A DNA stretch of 64,000 nucleotides from NCBI GenBank assembly GCA_963704725.1, contig OY969934.1:2688001-2752000 (forward strand), written 5' to 3'. Each line of letters starts with the position of its first letter. Positions within the stretch are counted from its first letter, which is position 1. Under the pieces are notes generated by a model. The model saw only the letters and a program-made list of their open reading frames with translations, searched no databases and had not been told where the DNA came from. Positions 11,219 to 21,339 of this stretch are shown piece by piece. The translations under genes and the position numbers were made by a program. The stretch is from an uncultured Actinomycetes bacterium. GTDB lineage: Bacteria; Actinomycetota; UBA4738; HRBIN12.

Positions 11219-12784
11219 CTACTCGGCGAACCCCTTCGCCGCGCCCTCGGGCCGGGGCGGGAGGTGCGAAGGACCGGCCACCGACTTCAGGTAGTCCTCG
11301 TACAGGTACACCTGCGCGGGCAGGGCGAAGGGCGCCTCGAGGTTGGTCACGATGGCCTCGCCCGGCATGAGCGTCTGGATCTCGGGCCCGAGATCGGAGA
11401 TGTCCTGCTTCGAGCTGCCCCGCAGGATGTTCCGGTCCTTCTCGTCAGCCAGGCCGAGGATGAAGAACGTGTTGAACTGGGACAGCAGCTCGTCGTCGAT
11501 CAGCTTGGGCTGCTGCGAGACCGCGCACAGCCCGACCTTGAACTTGCGGCCCTCGCGCGCCACGCGCGGGAACACGTTCTCGTCCGATCGCGTCGCACGC
11601 GACAGCACGCGCTGAGCCTCCTCGAGCGCGACGAGCGTGGGCGGCAGCGCCGCGAAGCGCTCCCGGTCGTCCAGGTAGACGTTGCCGTACGCGTCGAGGA
11701 CACGCCGGGTGATCACGGAGGCCACGAGGATCTCCTCCATCGACGACAGCCCGCTCGTGTCGACGAGCACGGAGTACCCGTCCATCAGCTCGTCGACGAT
11801 CCGCTCGGACAGGGAGGGCTGCGACGGGTCGCGGGAGATGCACGGCATGTCGAGGATCCGCTGCGCGCGGCGCTGGATCACCTGGAGCGTGCTCGTCGCG
11901 ACGTTCAGGCTCTCGGCCAGGGCGGCCACGTCCTGCTCCTCGCCGACCCGGACGATCCACTCCTCCCGGAAGAACCGGATCAGCCGGTAGATCGCGTCCT
12001 CTTGCGCGTGGCTCCACTCGTACGCGGTCTGGAGGTCGCCCAGCGTGAGCTCGGAGAGCGAGAGCCGGAGCGCCGTGGCGCCGGCCCCGGCCGCGCGGGT
12101 GGCGTAGACGCGGAGGCGGTCCGCGGCCCACGGGTGGTCGCGCAGCCCCCGGCGGATGCCGCTGCCGCCCTCGAGATACTCGCCGTGCGGGTCGAACAGC
12201 AGGCACGCGTACCTGCCCTGCGACGCGAGGATCTGCCCGGCCATCACCTTCATCAGGTTGGACTTGCCCATCCCGGTGGTGGCGAAGACGCCGACGTGCG
12301 ACGTGAGCGTCTCGCCGCGGATCCCCACCTCGAGGTCGATCGTGTCCTCGCCCGAGCGCAGCAGCCCGACCCGCACGTCGCCCATCCGCTCGCGCAGGAA
12401 GTCGAAGTCGGCCGCGCTGGGGGCCGTGACACGGGCGAACTGGGCGGGCAGCGACTTGGGCTTGCGGAACGTGCCCGCGGCGTCGATGTAGCCGAGCGGC
12501 TGGCACGTCGCCACCTTGTACAGGCGCTGCTCGGGGTCGTGCAGGGTGTACTCGGTCCCCGCGACGTCGCCGGTCATGTACGCGCCGGCCGTGCGCTCGG
12601 ACCACGACGGGTCCGAGGAGTCCGACCCGTAGGTCACCTGGATCACGCGGAACAGGAACCGCCGGGCGCGCTCGGGATCCTCCGCCGCGAGCAGCTCGCC
12701 GAGGAACAGATCCGTGCCGTAGAACGAGCGGAACGTCGACTCGAGGACGTTCTTGCCGAAGATGCGCCCCTTGTATTCCGTCAT
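11219..12784 (-). CDS. herA: HerA (FtsK/HerA family) ATPase/helicase
   Basis: HVGVFATTGMGKSN, FDPHGEY, LEEAQR, REGRKFKVGLCAVSQQP. Confidence 0.92.
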   Translation of the reverse strand: MTEYKGRIFGKNVLESTFRSFYGTDLFLGELLAAEDPERARRFLFRVIQVTYGSDSSDPSWSERTAGAYMTGDVAGTEYTLHDPEQRLYKVATCQPLGYIDAAGTFRKPKSLPAQFARVTAPSAADFDFLRERMGDVRVGLLRSGEDTIDLEVGIRGETLTSHVGVFATTGMGKSNLMKVMAGQILASQGRYACLLFDPHGEYLEGGSGIRRGLRDHPWAADRLRVYATRAAGAGATALRLSLSELTLGDLQTAYEWSHAQEDAIYRLIRFFREEWIVRVGEEQDVAALAESLNVATSTLQVIQRRAQRILDMPCISRDPSQPSLSERIVDELMDGYSVLVDTSGLSSMEEILVASVITRRVLDAYGNVYLDDRERFAALPPTLVALEEAQRVLSRATRSDENVFPRVAREGRKFKVGLCAVSQQPKLIDDELLSQFNTFFILGLADEKDRNILRGSSKQDISDLGPEIQTLMPGEAIVTNLEAPFALPAQVYLYEDYLKSVAGPSHLPPRPEGAAKGFAE

Positions 12785-13830
12785 CGGTTCAGCACCTCGT
12801 GGAAGTCCTGGAACAGCAGCTCGACGTCGTCCTGTCCCATCCCCCGGCGGGCCAGGGCGTCCCGGAACGAGCGGCGGACGTCGACGACGTCGTAGCCGGT
12901 GACCCGGGCCGCCTGGTGCGCTCGGGCGAGCGGGTACGGATAGCCGACGAACGCCGGGTCGTCGGCGAGCGCGGCAAGCCGGCCCAGCACCGCGGCGGGC
13001 GGCTCCGGCCCCCGCGCCACGTCGACGCGGAACGCGTGCGGCGCGGTGGGCGCGAGATGGGCCACGAAGATATCGCCGATGTAGAGCCTGCCGAAGATCG
13101 GGTCCGTCGAGATCCGGGCCGCCCACCGCGTCGGCCCGACCTCGCGGTCGCCCCGCCGCTTCAGCAGCGTGACGAGGGGCGCGTTCCTGCCCCAGTACAG
13201 GGTGGACGCCTTCACGACGCCGGCCAGCGAGACGCCGCGGGCCACGGCCGCGGCGTGCACCCGCTGCACCACCACCTGGGGGACGAGGGGGCCACCGTGG
13301 AGCGAGCCGTCCACGAGCACCAGGTCGCCCGGCGAGGCCTCGGCCACGGTCGCCCCGACCGCCGCCCACTCGGACCACTCTCGGAGCGCGTCGACGGGCC
13401 GCGGCAGCTCGGGCAGGCGCTCGGGCTCGGCCCCGCAGAGCTCGGTCAGCGCGGAGCGAGCCAGACGCGCCATCTCCTCCGGCGAGACCGCCCGCACGAC
13501 GAGCTGCGGCCGGTCCACGCCCACGGTGGCGCCGCCGGAGAACCGGACCCGGGCCGCCCGGTACGCGGCGACCTGGAATGAGCGCCCGTCGGCCACCACG
13601 CACGACCCGCCGTCGACCGCCCACACGGTCCCTGGGTCGGCCGGCTCGACCGGATCCAGCTCGTAACCGTCGGGGTGGCCGGGAACCACGAGCGCCTCGT
13701 CGAGCCCGAGCTGGCCCTCGAGCACGTGGATCTCGGAGGCGGGACGCTCGAGGAGCTCCACGACGAACGTAGCGGCCTCGTCCAACCGACCGGGCTCGAC
13801 GAGGTCGAGGCTGAGCACTCGCGCCTCCAC
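12781..13830 (-). CDS. nurA: NurA nuclease
   Basis: AVDGGS, LVDGSL, GVVKAS, GYPYPLARAH; TACGCT 7 nt upstream of GTG 13830 (alternative start 13818). Confidence 0.88.
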   Translation of the reverse strand: MEARVLSLDLVEPGRLDEAATFVVELLERPASEIHVLEGQLGLDEALVVPGHPDGYELDPVEPADPGTVWAVDGGSCVVADGRSFQVAAYRAARVRFSGGATVGVDRPQLVVRAVSPEEMARLARSALTELCGAEPERLPELPRPVDALREWSEWAAVGATVAEASPGDLVLVDGSLHGGPLVPQVVVQRVHAAAVARGVSLAGVVKASTLYWGRNAPLVTLLKRRGDREVGPTRWAARISTDPIFGRLYIGDIFVAHLAPTAPHAFRVDVARGPEPPAAVLGRLAALADDPAFVGYPYPLARAHQAARVTGYDVVDVRRSFRDALARRGMGQDDVELLFQDFHEVLNR

Positions 13831-13940
13831 CCGCCGAAGCGTACCGGACGCCCCGGACGGACCCCGCAGGCCACGGGAACTCGGCCGGCACGCTGCTCGG
13901 ACGGGCGGCGGGCTCCGAGTACCGGCCGCGTGTCGACGTC

Positions 13941-14294
13941 TTACTCCGTGACCTGCGCGCACTTGGCGACAAGGTCCTGGTACGCAGCGACAACATCGGC
14001 GCGGATCGCCTGGGAATCCACGTCGGCATCACGTGGGGGGTCGCCGAGGACAGCGAAGGATACGAGGAAGGCCGCATCGTGGACGGCGTCAACGACCTCC
14101 CGACCGTCCGGCGGGAATGCCAACTCGAGAACCTCCTCGATGGCCGACAGGTCCTGGTGAGCCCAGGCCTGCTCGAAAGCGTCGCAATGCCGCTTCGTGT
14201 AGGAAGGGGGGGTGCTCTCGCACCCGGAGAGCAGCAGAAGCGCAAGGCCCGCCGCCACGACCATGATGCCGGTGCCCGGCCATCGCCTACCCAT
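13941..14294 (-). CDS. Small hypothetical lipoprotein
   Basis: Lipobox LSGC after hydrophobic stretch; two further Cys. Confidence 0.55.
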   Translation of the reverse strand: MGRRWPGTGIMVVAAGLALLLLSGCESTPPSYTKRHCDAFEQAWAHQDLSAIEEVLELAFPPDGREVVDAVHDAAFLVSFAVLGDPPRDADVDSQAIRADVVAAYQDLVAKCAQVTE

Positions 14295-14486
14295 GTGCAA
14301 ACGGTATCTGGGAGTCGGCCCGACGGGCTAGGAACGGGGTGTCCTCAGCCGATCTTCAGAGCCGGAACTAGTCATTCCGGGCCATTTCCCCCATCGGGGG
14401 GACTACACCCCGGGGTCCGGGGAGCCGATAGGAGGCTTGACCGCCCGGAGACGACGCCCCAAGGGAGTCTCGAGAGGGGACCCGAG

Positions 14487-15758
14487 ATGATGGCATCCTT
14501 GGCACGACGAGAGCGCCGGCCGCTCTGGGGCATCCTCACCTTCCTTTGCCTCGCCGCCGTGGGCTTCTCACTGTGGGCGGCGATGAACGGCCGCGACGAG
14601 GCCATGCGGCAGGCCTCTCGCGACGCCGAGCTGGCCGCCCAGACCGAGCTCGCCCCCCTGCTCCAAGCCCGGGACCTGAGCACGCCGATGACGAGCACCC
14701 GGGCGCGCGAGCTCGCGTCGGGGATCGAGTCGTCGATCGTGGCGGTGAGCCCGATCCAGGACGTCCGGATCTTCTCCTCGGCCGGTCGCATCCTGTACGC
14801 GTCCGAGACGAAGTACATCGGGACGCGCCCCTCCTACCTGCGGGACCTGGTGCTCGGGGTCGCCGACGGGACGTCGACGAGCGCGGTTCGCGAGGGATTC
14901 CTGCAGACCTACGTGCCCGTATGGATGAACCCGAACGGCGACGTCGCCGTCGCGGAGCTCTCGCAGCCGGTCGGCCCCATCTCGGCGGAGGGAACGGCCG
15001 ACTGGATCAGGCTCGCCGCGATCGCCGGTCTGCTGATGCTCGCGGGCCTGGCCATGGTGGTCGTCACCTCGCGGGCACCGGCGGCGCGTCCGGCGCCGGT
15101 CCAGGTCTACACCTCGACCGTCATGCGTCACGTTCCCCGCGACCATCAGCCGATCTCCGCAGACGCCCCTCTGTACGAGCACGCCGGCTTCCGCGACCTC
15201 GAAGAGGCACGGCGGGAGGCGGAGCGGCGGGCCTACGCGATCGAGGAGAACTTCCGAGCCGTGCAGACGCGGCTGAAGGACTCCCTGGCGCAGGTGAAGG
15301 AGCTCGAGGAGAAGCTGGCGATGAACGAGACGCAGGCCACGACCAACGACGGGGAACTCCAGGCCCTGCGCGACCAGCTCCGCGAGACGTCGGAGCGCCT
15401 GCACAAGGCCGACCTCGACAACAACGCCCTGCGCGAGCGGATGGCCCTGCGGCAGCAGGAGCTCGACGAGGCGCGGCGCCTCCTCGCCGAGGTCCGGCGC
15501 CGGGTCGATGCGGACGAGCTGCGGTCCCGCCTCGCGGCCGCCGACGAGCTCGCAGCCACGTTGGAGCGCCGGATCGATCAACTCGGCGGCCAGCTCGAGC
15601 ACGCGAACGCAGCGGTACACACGAACGGATCCTCGACGGCTCTCCGCGACCTCGATGACGACGACCTGGAGATCGAGGAGGAGGACAACCTCTTCGAGCA
15701 CCCCATGATCATCCGGAACGCGCCGGGCCACTCGACGACGCCCCAGAAGGTGAGGTGA
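14487..15758 (+). CDS. Membrane sensor-like protein with cytoplasmic coiled coil, no kinase domain
   Basis: TM - extracytoplasmic domain (VRIFSSAGRILYAS, Cache/PAS-like) - TM - heptad-rich tail. Confidence 0.7.
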   Translation: MMASLARRERRPLWGILTFLCLAAVGFSLWAAMNGRDEAMRQASRDAELAAQTELAPLLQARDLSTPMTSTRARELASGIESSIVAVSPIQDVRIFSSAGRILYASETKYIGTRPSYLRDLVLGVADGTSTSAVREGFLQTYVPVWMNPNGDVAVAELSQPVGPISAEGTADWIRLAAIAGLLMLAGLAMVVVTSRAPAARPAPVQVYTSTVMRHVPRDHQPISADAPLYEHAGFRDLEEARREAERRAYAIEENFRAVQTRLKDSLAQVKELEEKLAMNETQATTNDGELQALRDQLRETSERLHKADLDNNALRERMALRQQELDEARRLLAEVRRRVDADELRSRLAAADELAATLERRIDQLGGQLEHANAAVHTNGSSTALRDLDDDDLEIEEEDNLFEHPMIIRNAPGHSTTPQKVR

Positions 15759-15759
15759 C

Positions 15760-17171
15760 GTGGCCATGGCGGAGTCGGTGGACACGATGCAGGCACAGCA
15801 GCAGACCGAGAGCGACGACCTCGCGCGCACGATCGCGGTGGCCGGACTGCAGGTCTCCCAGGCCGCCGACGAGCTGAAGCAGGCCGCCGCGCACCTGATG
15901 GACGCCGAGGAACACGCTCGCGACGCCGAGGCTCGCCGTCGCACGGCCGAGGAGCAGATGGCGCAGGGGGCCTCGAAGAACGCCGAGCTCCTCGACCTGC
16001 TGAGCCTGGCCCGGCAGGCTCAGAGCGAGGCGGAGGAGCGCGCCCGGAGCGCCGAGCAGCCCCTGCAGGAGGCGCGAGGACGGCCCTGGCCGAGGCCGAA
16101 GAGCGCGCCCGCGCGGCCGGGCAACCGGTCGAGGAGGCTCGCACCGCCCAGGTCGAGGCCGAGGAGCGCGCCCGCCGGGCGGAGCAGCGGGTGAAGATCT
16201 CGATCGAGCGGACCGAGCTCATGGAGGAGCAGCTCAAGGCGCTCGAGTCCCGCGCGCAGGAGGCGGAGTCACGGCCACAGGTCACCGTCATCGTGGACGA
16301 CGAGCGCAACGCCCTCCAGGAGGCCGTCGCGGCCGACGTGCGGCGCCCCCTCACGTCGATCCTGGGTCTCACCCTCGCGCTCAAGCACGCCGACCCGCAG
16401 TCGACCGAGGGCGGGGACATGATCCGTCAGCTCGCCACGAACGCCCGCAAGCTCGACCGCCTCGTCGGCGAGATGCTGGCGCTCGACAAGATCGTGAGCG
16501 GCGCGTTCGAGCCGAACCTGCGTCGGACCGATCTCGAGGCGCTCGTTCGCCGCGTGGTCGAGGAGTCGCCGGATCTCGCGAACCGCGACATCAAGATCGA
16601 GTCCGAGCACGTGGCGATCCAGGTCGACCCGGCGCTCACGGAGCAGATGGTCGAGACGCTGCTCTCGAACGCCGGACGTAGGACCACACCGGGCAACCCG
16701 GTGTGGGTGAAGATCTCCTCGGACCAGGAGGGTGCCGTCATCGCCGTCGACGACACCGGTCCCGAGGTCCCGCCGGGGCTGCGAGGCGCGATGGTCGCAG
16801 CGCTGACGGACGACGGTCCCGCCGCACGGCAGAGAAGGCCGCGAGGCGCGACGGGGCTGACCCTGCTGGCGAGGCTGGCCGAGATCCACGGCGGCAGGGC
16901 CTGGGTCGAGGAGCGGCCCGGCGGCGGCGCATCGTTCCGCGTGTTCCTACCTGCAGCACGGGAGCCGAACACGGAGCCGCGAGTGGATTCCGCGGACGAC
17001 CGCGCCGCCGCACGGGTGCTCGATTCGAGTGACGACCGAGCCGTGGCCCTGGCCAGGGCGCTCGTCAACCGGGACCAGGGAGACACGAACGCGCCGCTGG
17101 ACCGCGCCGTGGTCTCGACGAACGGTCACGGTTCGCCGGACGTCGACGTCTCGGGCGAGGTCGTCCTGTAG
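15760..17171 (+). CDS. Coiled-coil plus degenerate histidine-kinase-like protein (frameshift near 16078)
   Basis: EAEERAR repeats continue across ORFs 15760-16194 and 16191-17171; AADVRRPLTSILG, LLSNAG, DDTGP, HGGRAWVEERPGGGASF. Confidence 0.75.
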
Positions 17172-17246
17172 GTCCCCGACTCCCCGGCCCGGGCCGAGCG
17201 TCTGCACCGCCCGACCCGAGGCCGCCGGCGCCGGCTGCCCGGCGGC

Positions 17247-18407
17247 TCAGCCGAACGCCTTCAGCAGCTCCCGGGCGATGACGATGCGCTGGATCTGGTT
17301 CGTTCCCTCGTAGATCTGGGTGACCTTCGCGTCGCGCATGAGGCGCTCGACCGGGTACTCGCGGATGTAGCCGTAGCCACCGAGCACCTGCACCGCGTCG
17401 GTCGTGATGCGCATCGCGGCGTCGGAGGCGAAGCACTTGGCGACGCTGGAGAAGTACGTCATCCGCTTGTCTCCCGCGTCGCAGAGAGCGAGGGCCTTGT
17501 ATACGAGCATCCGCGCCGCCTCGAGCTGCATCGCCATGTCCGCGAGCATGAACGACACGCCCTGGAACTCGCCGATCGGCCGGCCGAACTGATGCCGCTC
17601 GGTAGCGTACCGGGCCGCGAAGTCGAACGCGCCCTGGGCGATGCCGAGCGCCTGCGCGCCGATCAGCGGACGCGAGTAGTCGAGCGTCTGGAGAGCGATC
17701 TTGAAGCCCTCGCCCTCGGTGCCGATCAGGCGGTCGGCCGGGATGCGAGCGTCGGTGAGGATCACCTCGCGCGTCGGCGAGCCGCGGATCCCCATCTTGT
17801 CCTCCTTGCGGCCGAACGAGACGCCCGGATCGTCCTTCATCACGATGAACGCGCTGATCCCCTTCGAGCCCTCGGACCGATCCCGCGTCGCGAACACGAC
17901 GTACGCGTGGCTCACGCCGGCGCCGGTGATGAACCGCTTGGTCCCGCTCAACACGAACCCGTCGCCCTCGGCCGCATACCGCGTCGCCAGGGACGCGGCG
18001 TCGGAGCCGGCGCCGGGCTCGGTGAGCGCGTACGACATGAGGATCTCGCCGCGGACGATGCCACCGATGATCGTCGTGCGCTGCTCCTCGGTGCCGGCCA
18101 GGAGCAGGGGGATCACGCCGAGCTTGCTCACGGCCGGCGCGAGGGCGAGCCCGGCCGCTACGCGAGACAGCTCCTCCACCAGAACCCCGAAGGCGAGGGA
18201 GCCACCCCCCGAGCCTCCATACGCCTCGTCGTAGCCGACGCCGGTCAGCTCGTTCTCCACCAGGACCCGATAGAGGTCGTCCGGCCACTCGTCGGACCGG
18301 TCGATCTCGTCGGCACGCGGCGCGATCTTCTCCTCCGCGATCTGCCGGACGAGCTGACGGAACTCCTCCAGCTCCTCGGGAAGCTCGAACCGCTCCAGGT
18401 CGCTCAT
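17247..18407 (-). CDS. Acyl-CoA dehydrogenase
   Basis: YALTEPGAGSD, GTKRFITG, QIYEGTNQIQR. Confidence 0.95.
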   Translation of the reverse strand: MSDLERFELPEELEEFRQLVRQIAEEKIAPRADEIDRSDEWPDDLYRVLVENELTGVGYDEAYGGSGGGSLAFGVLVEELSRVAAGLALAPAVSKLGVIPLLLAGTEEQRTTIIGGIVRGEILMSYALTEPGAGSDAASLATRYAAEGDGFVLSGTKRFITGAGVSHAYVVFATRDRSEGSKGISAFIVMKDDPGVSFGRKEDKMGIRGSPTREVILTDARIPADRLIGTEGEGFKIALQTLDYSRPLIGAQALGIAQGAFDFAARYATERHQFGRPIGEFQGVSFMLADMAMQLEAARMLVYKALALCDAGDKRMTYFSSVAKCFASDAAMRITTDAVQVLGGYGYIREYPVERLMRDAKVTQIYEGTNQIQRIVIARELLKAFG

Positions 18408-18414
18408 GGCTCGG

Positions 18415-19599
18415 TCACGCGACCCGCCGGATGACCAGGGCGTCCCCCTGGCCGCCGCCGCCGCAGATCGTCGCCGCGCCGAGGTCGACGCTCCGCCGGC
18501 GCATCTCGTGGGCGAGCGTCAAGACGATCCGGGCCCCGCTCATCCCGATCGGGTGGCCGAGCGAGACGGCGCCGCCGTTCACGTTCGTCAGCTCCTCGTC
18601 GAAGCCGAGCACTCGGGTCACGTTCAGCGAGACCGCGGCGAAGGCCTCGTTCACCTCGAGCAGGCCGAGGTCGTGCACGTCGAGCTGCGCCCTCTTCAGC
18701 GCGTGCTGCAGCGCGATCGCCGGGACGGTGTGGAGATAGGTGAAGCGCTCGGCCGACATCCCGTGCGCGACGATCTCGGCGAGCGGCGTCAGCCCGAGCT
18801 GCTCGGCGCGCTCCCGGCTGGTCACCACGACCGCCGCCGCGCCGTCGCTGAGCTGGGAGGCGTTGCCCGCGGTGATCGTGCCGTCCTCGTTGAACGAGGG
18901 CTTCAGCCTCGCCAGGACCTCGGGCGTCGTCTCCGGCCGGATGCCCTCGTCGCGATCGACGACCACCGGGTCGCCCCGACGCTGGGGGATCTCGATCGGG
19001 ACGGTCTCCTCCGCGAGCCGTCCGGACTCCCACCCAGCGTGCGCGCGGACGTGCGACCGCGCCGCCCACGCGTCCTGCTCCTCGCGGGTGATGCCGAGCT
19101 CCGCGTTCACCTCGTCCGACGACGCGCCCATGGGCTGCCGGCGGAAGCTCGACCACAGCCCGTCGTGGACCATCGAGTCGATCATCTGCGTGTGCCCGAG
19201 GCGCGAGCCGTCCCGGGCCGCCGGCACGAGGTACGGAGCCTGGGTCATCGACTCCATCCCGCCGGCGACCACCACGTCCACGTCCCCGGCCCGGATCATC
19301 TGGTCCGCGAGCGCGATCGCCGTGATCCCCGACAGGCACACCTTGTCGACGTTCAGCGCCGGGACCTCTTTGGGGATCCCCGCGGCGACCGCCGCCTGCC
19401 TGGCCGTGACCTGCCCGGTGCCGGCCCGGAGCACCTGCCCCATGACCACGTAGTCCACCCCCGCGCCCTCGACGCCGGAGCGGGCGAGGGCTTTCCGGAT
19501 CGCGGCCGCACCGAGCTCGACCGCGGACAGGCCGGCCAGCGCGCCCCGGAACCGACCGATCGGCGTCCGCGCGCCGGCGACGATGACGGATGCGGTCAT
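18415..19599 (-). CDS. Acetyl-CoA C-acetyltransferase (thiolase)
   Basis: KVCLSG, NEAF, GHPIGMSG, CGGGGQG. Confidence 0.95.
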   Translation of the reverse strand: MTASVIVAGARTPIGRFRGALAGLSAVELGAAAIRKALARSGVEGAGVDYVVMGQVLRAGTGQVTARQAAVAAGIPKEVPALNVDKVCLSGITAIALADQMIRAGDVDVVVAGGMESMTQAPYLVPAARDGSRLGHTQMIDSMVHDGLWSSFRRQPMGASSDEVNAELGITREEQDAWAARSHVRAHAGWESGRLAEETVPIEIPQRRGDPVVVDRDEGIRPETTPEVLARLKPSFNEDGTITAGNASQLSDGAAAVVVTSRERAEQLGLTPLAEIVAHGMSAERFTYLHTVPAIALQHALKRAQLDVHDLGLLEVNEAFAAVSLNVTRVLGFDEELTNVNGGAVSLGHPIGMSGARIVLTLAHEMRRRSVDLGAATICGGGGQGDALVIRRVA

Positions 19600-19679
19600 G
19601 GCTCGTGCCTTTCGTCGTGGGCGGTATCGTCCAGTCTACGCCGGGGCTTCTCGCAGGATCCCCGGGGGAGGGAGCCCGC

Positions 19680-20612
19680 GTGCAACCACGTTTCGGCGTC
19701 ACGATCATCCCGTCTGCGTCCGGTCGATCGGATCCCATCGAGGAGGCCCGTCGGGCCGAGGAGCTCGGCTTCGACCTCGTCGCGGTGTGGGATCACCCCC
19801 ACGGCGAGCACCCCTCGTTCGAGGCATGGACGTTCATGACCTGGATCGCCGCCCGCACGACCAGGATCTCGATCGCCTCCGACGTGCTCAGCCTGCCGTA
19901 CCGCCTGCCGGCCCTCATCGCGAAGATGGCCGAGAGCCTGGACCGCCTCTCGGACGGCCGGCTGATCCTGGGGCTGGGCGCCGGCTCCTCGGAGCAGGAG
20001 TCCGCCGCGCTCGGGGCTCCCGTCCGTCCGCCCGCCGAGAGGATCGAGGCGCTCGAGGAAGCCATCCGGATCATCCGCGGGGCATGGTCCGAACCCGTCT
20101 TCACCTACGACGGCGCCTACTACCGGAACGAGGAGGCCCGGATCGAGCCGAAGCCGGCCCGAACGATCCCGATCTGGGTGGGCGCGTACGGCCCGCGGGC
20201 CCTCGACCTGACCGGCCGCCTGGCCGACGGCTGGATCCCGTCAATGCCCTACCTGCCCCCGTCCGAGGTGCGGCCGTCGATGGATCGGGTTCGCGCCGCG
20301 GCCGAGCGAGCCGGGAGGAACCCCGACGTCCTCGACTTCGCCTACAACGTCCCGGTGCGGGTAGGGGGCGGGCCCCCGCGTGATCCGGCCCGCCAGATCG
20401 CCGGGGCGCCAGGCGAGGTCGCCGACGGCCTGGCGGGACTGCTCCGCTTCGGCTTCACGGTGCTGAATCTCTCGATCGCCGGCGATCGCGCCGAGCAGAT
20501 GCGCCGCCTGGCCGAGGACGTGCTTCCGGTGGTACGCGGGCTCACGACCGAAGTCGGCGACGCGCCGACGGGCGTCGATCCCGGCGTCGAAGACCCACTT
20601 GCGCCAGGTTGA
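19680..20612 (+). CDS. LLM-class flavin/F420-dependent oxidoreductase
   Basis: AEELGFDLVAVWDH, LDRLSDGRLILGLGAG, IPIWVGAYGPRAL. Confidence 0.88.
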   Translation: MQPRFGVTIIPSASGRSDPIEEARRAEELGFDLVAVWDHPHGEHPSFEAWTFMTWIAARTTRISIASDVLSLPYRLPALIAKMAESLDRLSDGRLILGLGAGSSEQESAALGAPVRPPAERIEALEEAIRIIRGAWSEPVFTYDGAYYRNEEARIEPKPARTIPIWVGAYGPRALDLTGRLADGWIPSMPYLPPSEVRPSMDRVRAAAERAGRNPDVLDFAYNVPVRVGGGPPRDPARQIAGAPGEVADGLAGLLRFGFTVLNLSIAGDRAEQMRRLAEDVLPVVRGLTTEVGDAPTGVDPGVEDPLAPG

Positions 20613-20669
20613 GCCACAACCTTGCGCAAGGTGAATCCGTTCGCAAGGATATCCGTGTGATCGTCCGAG

Positions 20670-21042
20670 CTAAGAACCGTACGGCGCCCGGAGATCTCCC
20701 ATCGTCGGGAAATGCCGGAGGTTCGTCGTTGCGAGCTCGAGGCCGAGCAGCTCCGCCGTCGCGGCGATGACGAGATCCGCGACACCGGTCCCCGTGTGGC
20801 TCCGACGAAGGCCGCGCCCAAGCTCTCCGGCGAGGCGCGCGACCGACTCGTCCACGGCGATCCAGTCTCGAGCCGGCTGGAAGAGCCGTGTTCCGCGGGG
20901 TTCAGAATTGGATCGGCGGAGCACCTCCACGCGCGTCCCCCCCGAGGAGGTCGGGCGTCGGTCAAGCCGGTGAGGAAGTCCACCGCTCCCGCGATCGCCG
21001 CGCAGGACATCGACAGGACCGTCGTGTCGAGGAGGCGATCAC
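20670..21042 (-). pseudogene. vapC: VapC PIN toxin, multiply frameshifted
   Basis: LLDTTVL N-terminus and ADLVIAATAELLGLELATTNLRHFP C-terminus lie in different frames. Confidence 0.7.
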
Positions 21043-21309
21043 GAGCGGCGGCGGCGCTCGAGCTCGCGAGCTCGTGCCGCATCGGCCCGACGCATCTCCT
21101 CGACGCCTCGGCGGCCCTCGGGCGACCGAGCCGCCGTACCTGCGGCCGTGAACTGCGGCCCGGAACGCTTCGAACCGCGCTCGCTCGTCGGCGGCTGACC
21201 TGCCCGGCACCCATCACCGGCCTCGCGGATCAGATGCGATGTCGTCGTGCTCGGCGGCGGCGCGCCGTGCAAGACTGCCTGGGACTCGTCGAGGCTGGGT
21301 GCGTCCCAC
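21039..21309 (-). pseudogene. RHH/CopG antitoxin remnant (VapB-like)
   Basis: Fragments MGRTQ, LDESQ, TTTSHLIREA in shifted frames; GTGA overlap with vapC. Confidence 0.5.
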
Positions 21310-21339
21310 GATGTAGGAGCAATCATGCCCGCCAGCGGC

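Noticed and set aside
11219-14245. 1008-aa HerA or NurA-HerA fusion
   Set aside because: Upstream part is Arg-rich off-frame text; NurA is in a different frame with an ATGA overlap
16020-16190. Tandem repeats as possible CRISPR array
   Set aside because: Degenerate in-frame coding repeats of a coiled coil; no identical repeats with unique spacers and no cas operon
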